This document shows, one piece after another, positions 59,305 through 64,000 of a stretch of 64,000 nt of DNA (its first letter is position 1; the number at the start of each line of letters is the position of its first letter). A program made the position numbers and the translations under genes. Below the pieces are notes generated by a model, which saw only the letters and a program-made list of their open reading frames with translations, made no database searches and had not been told where the DNA came from. The stretch is from Actinomycetota bacterium. Its GTDB lineage: Bacteria; Actinomycetota; Acidimicrobiia; Acidimicrobiales; CAIXPF01. The DNA lies in NCBI GenBank assembly GCA_016870475.1, contig VGBO01000005.1:339-64338 (forward strand), written 5' to 3'.

Positions 59305-61212
59305 ATGACCGCGCACGTCGAGGACCCCACCGGAACCGAGCCCGTCCACGGGCGTGGCGGAGCGCTCGGCCTCGCCGGACTCAGCATCGGTGCGCTCGGC
59401 ATCGTCTACGGCGACATCGGCACGAGCCCCCTCTACGCGTTCCGGGAGACCTTCGAGGGCCACGAGCTCGAGGTGACCCGGGACGGGGTGCTCGGCGGGT
59501 GCTCGCTCGCGTTCTGGGCACTGATCCTCATCATCACGATCAAGTACCTGCTGGTGCTCATGCGGGCCGACCAGAAGGGCGAGGGCGGCATCATGGCGCT
59601 GCGTTCGCTGCTCCCGTCGGGCCAGGGCGGCCGGACCATGGTGGTCTTCCTCGCCGCGGGGATCTTCGGCACCGCGATGCTCTACGGCGACGGCATGATC
59701 ACCCCGGCGATCTCCGTGCTCGCCGCCGTCGAGGGGCTGAACGTCGCCACGTCATCGACGGAGAACCTGATCATCCCGATCGCGCTCACCATTCTCGTCG
59801 GGCTGTTCCTGCTGCAACGCCGGGGGACCGCCGGGATCGCCCGGGTCTTCGGGCCGATCATGCTGGTCTGGTTCTTCACGCTCGCCATGCTCGGCGTGAA
59901 CCAGGTGCTGCGGACCCCCGACGTGCTCGCCGCGGTGAACCCGATCTACGCAATCCGGTTCTTCGGCGAGTACGGGTGGCACGGCTTCTGGTCACTCGGG
60001 TCGATCTTCCTCGTGGTTACGGGCGGCGAGGCGCTCTACGCGGACATGGGCCACTTCGGTCGTCGACCGATCCGGATCAGTTGGTTCACGCTCGTGCTGC
60101 CGGCGCTCGTCCTCAACTACTTCGGCCAGGGCGCCCTCCTGCTCGCCGACCCGGAGGCGATCCGGCAACCGTTCTTCCTGCTCGCCCCGGACTGGGCGAT
60201 CTGGCCGCTCGTCCTGCTCGCCACCACCGCGACGGTGGTCGCGTCGCAGGCCCTGATCTCCGGGGCGTTCTCGCTCACGACGCAGGCGATGCAGTCGGAC
60301 TTCCTGCCCCGGGTGAAGGTGCAGCACACCTCCGAGAGCCAGATGGGTCAGGTGTACGTGCCGATCGTGAACTGGCTGCTGATGCTGTCCTGCATCGGTC
60401 TGGTGCTCGGGTTCCGCTCGTCGTCGAACCTCGCCGCCGCCTACGGCGTCGCCGTCACGATCAGCATGACGATCACCACCACGCTGCTGATGGGTGTGGC
60501 GATGCACCGGTGGCGCTGGCCCCGGTGGGTCACCCTGCTGTTCGGCCTGCCGTTGCTCGGCATCGACCTCGCGTTCGTCGGCTCGCAGCTCGTCAAGATC
60601 CCCAAGGGTGGTTGGGTCGCGCTCGTCATCGGTATCGGCCAGTTCGTGCTCATGACGACGTGGAACACGGGACGGCGGATCCTCGCGCAGTCGATCCACC
60701 GTGGGGAGACCCCCATCGGGACCTTCCTCGCCGACCTCGACACCGACGAGGTCCACCGGGTGCACGGAACGGCCGTGTTCCTGTTCAAGGAACGCGGGTC
60801 GGCGCCACCGGCACTGCTCGTGAACGTGACCCACAACCGCGTGCTGCACGAGCGGGTGCTGCTCCTCTCCATCATCACCGAGCCGGTCTCCCACGTCCTT
60901 GGCCCGGACCGGTGCACCGTCAACCCGCTCGGGGAGGGTCTCTGGGAGGTGGTGCTGCGATTCGGGTACCGGGACGAGCCGAACGTTCCGGAGGCCTTGC
61001 GGACACTTCCCGGCGACCTCGCCGGACTCGATCTGGAATCGATCACCTACTTCCTCGGCCGCGAGTCGATCGTCGCCGCACCGAAGCCGAACATGTCCCC
61101 CTGGCGGGAGCGGCTGTTCGTTCTGCAGACCAGGACCGCGGCGAGCGCTGGGCGGTTCTTCCACCTACCGGCGGACCGCGTGTTCGAGGTCGGAACGACG
61201 GTGGAGATCTGA
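59305..61212 (+). CDS. kup: KUP/HAK/KT potassium transporter
   Basis: GIVYGDIGTSPLYA, GEGG, YGDGMITPAISVL, TGGEALYADMGHFG, GQVYVP, AAYG, TYFLGRE. Confidence 0.96.
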   Translation: MTAHVEDPTGTEPVHGRGGALGLAGLSIGALGIVYGDIGTSPLYAFRETFEGHELEVTRDGVLGGCSLAFWALILIITIKYLLVLMRADQKGEGGIMALRSLLPSGQGGRTMVVFLAAGIFGTAMLYGDGMITPAISVLAAVEGLNVATSSTENLIIPIALTILVGLFLLQRRGTAGIARVFGPIMLVWFFTLAMLGVNQVLRTPDVLAAVNPIYAIRFFGEYGWHGFWSLGSIFLVVTGGEALYADMGHFGRRPIRISWFTLVLPALVLNYFGQGALLLADPEAIRQPFFLLAPDWAIWPLVLLATTATVVASQALISGAFSLTTQAMQSDFLPRVKVQHTSESQMGQVYVPIVNWLLMLSCIGLVLGFRSSSNLAAAYGVAVTISMTITTTLLMGVAMHRWRWPRWVTLLFGLPLLGIDLAFVGSQLVKIPKGGWVALVIGIGQFVLMTTWNTGRRILAQSIHRGETPIGTFLADLDTDEVHRVHGTAVFLFKERGSAPPALLVNVTHNRVLHERVLLLSIITEPVSHVLGPDRCTVNPLGEGLWEVVLRFGYRDEPNVPEALRTLPGDLAGLDLESITYFLGRESIVAAPKPNMSPWRERLFVLQTRTAASAGRFFHLPADRVFEVGTTVEI

Positions 61213-61225
61213 ACGACCCGGACGC

Positions 61226-61789
61226 TCAGTCCCCCGGCGGACGCGCGCCGCGCTGCAACAACTCGAGGTTCGACTCGAGGGCGGTGCGGTAGGCGTCGTC
61301 GAGGTCGTGACGGGCGAGCAGCGCGTCGACGAGCCGACGGGACTCCTCGACGCGTCCGACCCACCAGGTCGAGATCGATCGTTCGGCGTCGATCCCCCAC
61401 TCGTAGACCCAGTCCTCCACGAAGAGGCGGTCGCCCTGCGGTCGGCCGATCGCCTCCGCCCGTTCCGCGTAGAGCAGGGCGACGTGGTGGTGGGCGTGGG
61501 CCCGGTAGCCGGCCGCGAGCCGGAACAAGGGCTCCGCACGGTGTGGACGATGGTCCCAGGCCGAGAGGTAGGCCTGCGCTGCGTGCACCCACTCCCCCGC
61601 CGATTCGAGGGTCCGGCCGATCTGGTAGAGCGACCAGAACACCTCCTCGTCCCATCCGCCGAGCTCCACCCGGCGACGGAACGCCGCGAGCGCACCGGCA
61701 CGGTCACCGAGCGCCTGGCGGGTCTGCCCCAGGTAGAACAGCGTGCGCGCGTCGTCGGGTTCGGCCCGGGCGGCGGGCGCACGGGTCAC
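61226..61789 (-). CDS. Tetratricopeptide-repeat protein
   Basis: PDDARTLFYLGQT, LGGWDEEVFWS, YLSAWDHRPHRAEPL, LFVE. Confidence 0.75.
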   Translation of the reverse strand: MTRAPAARAEPDDARTLFYLGQTRQALGDRAGALAAFRRRVELGGWDEEVFWSLYQIGRTLESAGEWVHAAQAYLSAWDHRPHRAEPLFRLAAGYRAHAHHHVALLYAERAEAIGRPQGDRLFVEDWVYEWGIDAERSISTWWVGRVEESRRLVDALLARHDLDDAYRTALESNLELLQRGARPPGD

Positions 61790-61857
61790 TGTGGTGGAGA
61801 GTACGCGCGCTGGAGCTGGTCGGGCGCGACGGGCGCCGACGTGGTATCGATAGCGTC

Positions 61858-62229
61858 GTGCGCACTCCTGAGGAAACCGTCAACGAGTTCATCGCCGCCA
61901 TCGGCCGCAAGGATCTCGACGCCGCCGTGGCGCTCGTAGCCGACGACCTGTACTACGACAACGTGCCGATCGGCGACATGCGCGGTGCGTCCGCCATGCG
62001 CGACTTCCTGACCCCGATGGTGGGCGGTGACGGACCGGTCGCGTTCGAGATCGTCCGGCAGACCGCGTCGGGCGACATGGTGATGAACGAGCGCATCGAC
62101 CGGTTCACGATGAAGGGCAAGGAGATCGCCCTGCCCGTCGCCGGGGTGTTCGAGGTGCATGACGGCCGGATCACGTTCTGGCGCGATTACTTCGACAACG
62201 GCATGTTCATGAAGATGCTGAAGGGTTGA
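61858..62229 (+). CDS. Limonene-1,2-epoxide hydrolase family (NTF2 fold)
   Basis: YYDNVP, VMNERID, LPVAGVFEV, WRDYFD. Confidence 0.9.
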   Translation: MRTPEETVNEFIAAIGRKDLDAAVALVADDLYYDNVPIGDMRGASAMRDFLTPMVGGDGPVAFEIVRQTASGDMVMNERIDRFTMKGKEIALPVAGVFEVHDGRITFWRDYFDNGMFMKMLKG

Positions 62230-63158
62230 GCGACCACATCACCGCCGGGGCGTTGCGCATCGGCGTCTTCGCCGGCGACGTCACCGGACCGACCGCGCTC
62301 GACGACCTCGTCCGTGGGGCCGCCGAGGCCGAGGTCGACGGCTTCGCCGGGTACTGGTTGCCCTGGATCTCCGGCCACGACCCGCTCGTCGCGCTCGCGC
62401 TCGCCGGCGCCCGCACCGAACGGATCGAGCTCGGCACCGCGGTCGTCCGCACGTACACGCGACACCCCGCCGATCTCGCCGGGGCCGCCGTGTCGGTCGG
62501 TGCTGCGACATCCGGCCGGTTCACGCTCGGGATCGGACCGTCCCACAAGCCGGTGATCGAACGGACCTTCGGGTACCGATTCGATCGACCGGTGCGGAAC
62601 ACCGAGGAGTACCTCGAGATCCTCGGCGGCCTGCTCGACGGTTCGACCGTGCACGTCGACGGCGAGCAGTGGACGGCACACACGCGCCTGCTGCACCCCG
62701 ACCCGGTGCCGGTGCCGGTCGTCGTCGCAGCGCTCGGCCCACGCATGTTGGAGCTGGCCGGACGACGCGCCGCCGGCACCTTCACCTGGATGACCGGACC
62801 GGCGACGCTCGCCGACCTCACCGTGCCGACCATCACTGCGGCGGCCGGTGCCGCCTGTCGACCCACACCACGGGTGATCGTCGGCGTCCCCGTCCTCGTC
62901 ACCGACGACGAGGCGGCCGGGCGGGCGCTCGCGGCGCGCACCTTCGCCGTGTACGGGCGGATGCCCTCCTACCGGGCGATGCTCGACCGCGAGGGCTGGG
63001 AGCGACCGGAGGACGCGGCAATCATCGGCGACGAGGACGCGGTCCGCGCCGCGCTCGACCGGATCACTGCGGCCGGCGCGACCGATCTCGTCGCCGTCGA
63101 GTTCGACCACGACCCGGCGGCCCGGCGACGCACGCGGGCAGCGCTCACCGCCCGCTGA
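62226..63158 (+). CDS. LLM-class F420-dependent oxidoreductase (TIGR03564-like)
   Basis: IELGTAVV..YTRHP, FTLGIGPSH, AALGPRML, WMTGP, PSYRAMLDREG. Confidence 0.9.
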   Translation: MSDHITAGALRIGVFAGDVTGPTALDDLVRGAAEAEVDGFAGYWLPWISGHDPLVALALAGARTERIELGTAVVRTYTRHPADLAGAAVSVGAATSGRFTLGIGPSHKPVIERTFGYRFDRPVRNTEEYLEILGGLLDGSTVHVDGEQWTAHTRLLHPDPVPVPVVVAALGPRMLELAGRRAAGTFTWMTGPATLADLTVPTITAAAGAACRPTPRVIVGVPVLVTDDEAAGRALAARTFAVYGRMPSYRAMLDREGWERPEDAAIIGDEDAVRAALDRITAAGATDLVAVEFDHDPAARRRTRAALTAR

Positions 63159-64000
63159 CGGGACGCGACCAGTGGTCGGCCACGGCGGCCGCACCACTCG
63201 TCGACACCGTCGTCGCAGCCGCCGCAGCGATCGCGCCGTCGTCGTGCTCATCGACCGCCCGGTCGGCGTCGTAGCCGTACAACCAGGTGCGGGCACTCAC
63301 CGCCGGGTCGGCGCGCATCGCCGTGCGGAGCTGCTGGTTCCGGCGCCACACCGACCGCCAGTCCTTCAGGTGGAACACGGTCGCCCCGGCACGTGACTGC
63401 TGCTGCACCTCGGTGGTGCGCGGCCGACGGATCGCCTCGTACCGCTGCAGCGCCGCCGTCACCTCGTCGGTGCGTGACGGGTCGACGGGCTCGAGACAGC
63501 GCGCGAGCACTGCTGCGTCCTCGATCGCCTGACAGGCGCCCTGCGCCATGTAGGGGAGCATCGGGTGCGCGGCGTCGCCGAGCAACGTGACCCGACCACG
63601 CGTCCACCACGGCAGCGGGTCACGGTCGTGGATCGCCCACAGGAACGGGTCGTCGATCTCGGCCATGAACCCGCGCACGGTCGGCTCGAACCCGGCGAAG
63701 TCCGCGAGGAGGCGGTCACGGTCACCGCGGGCCGACCAGCTCTCGACGGCCTCCGCTCCTCCCTGCACGATGCCGACCACGTTGAACAGCTCGCCGCCGC
63801 GTACCCAGTAGGCGACGACCGACGCGTCGGGTCCGTACCAGACGTGGCAGATCCGGGCGAGGGCGAGGTGTGCGACCCGTTCGGCCGGGATGAGTCCTCG
63901 CCAGCACACCATTCCGGAGAACTGTGATCTCGCCGGGCCGTGCAGGAGCGCGCGGCTCGGCGAGTGGATGCCGTCCGCCGCGACGACCACGTCGGCGTCG
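63145..64000 (-). CDS. FAD-dependent monooxygenase (salicylate hydroxylase-like), N-terminus beyond the window
   Basis: ADGIHS, LLGDAAHPMLPYMAQGACQAIEDA, YEAIRRPR. Confidence 0.9.
   Translation of the reverse strand, partial: DADVVVAADGIHSPSRALLHGPARSQFSGMVCWRGLIPAERVAHLALARICHVWYGPDASVVAYWVRGGELFNVVGIVQGGAEAVESWSARGDRDRLLADFAGFEPTVRGFMAEIDDPFLWAIHDRDPLPWWTRGRVTLLGDAAHPMLPYMAQGACQAIEDAAVLARCLEPVDPSRTDEVTAALQRYEAIRRPRTTEVQQQSRAGATVFHLKDWRSVWRRNQQLRTAMRADPAVSARTWLYGYDADRAVDEHDDGAIAAAAATTVSTSGAAAVADHWSRPVSGR

Noticed and set aside
1-64000. Mobile elements, prophage, defence systems, RNA genes
   Set aside because: No transposase, integrase, phage, cas, tRNA or rRNA signatures were seen, and composition looks uniform across the window.

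Overview
Very GC-rich, densely coding chromosomal window from an actinobacterium, most likely class Acidimicrobiia (inferred from gene content and leaderless TANNNT promoters). It holds about 68 CDS, two of them partial at the edges. I found no rRNA, tRNA, CRISPR array, IS, integrase or prophage. Most genes encode accessory catabolism: four LLM/F420-type oxidoreductases, three crotonases, two pairs of family III CoA-transferases, thioesterases, an acyl-CoA dehydrogenase, an amidase and serine hydrolases. The rest are ion and metal transport (amt, copZ-copA, corA, kup, BtuF-like) and scattered housekeeping genes (rpmB, rpmG, def, pyrC, cobO, ogt, surE, uppP). Most notable: (1) an ATP-grasp / alpha-E / degenerate ATP-grasp-alpha-E / transglutaminase operon whose promoter shares GlnR-like boxes with the amt promoter 28 kb away; (2) a DosR-like locus whose PAS kinase has lost its ATP-binding motifs; (3) a stand-alone HD/C-terminal half of a CCA-adding enzyme; (4) an uncharacterised protein with a probable winged helix behind a palindromic AT-richer leader; (5) Zn-independent L28/L33 beside a dehydrogenase lacking structural-Zn cysteines. 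Many starts were moved from the ORF track by eye using domain onset and -10 spacing. All product calls come from motif recognition, not database searches.
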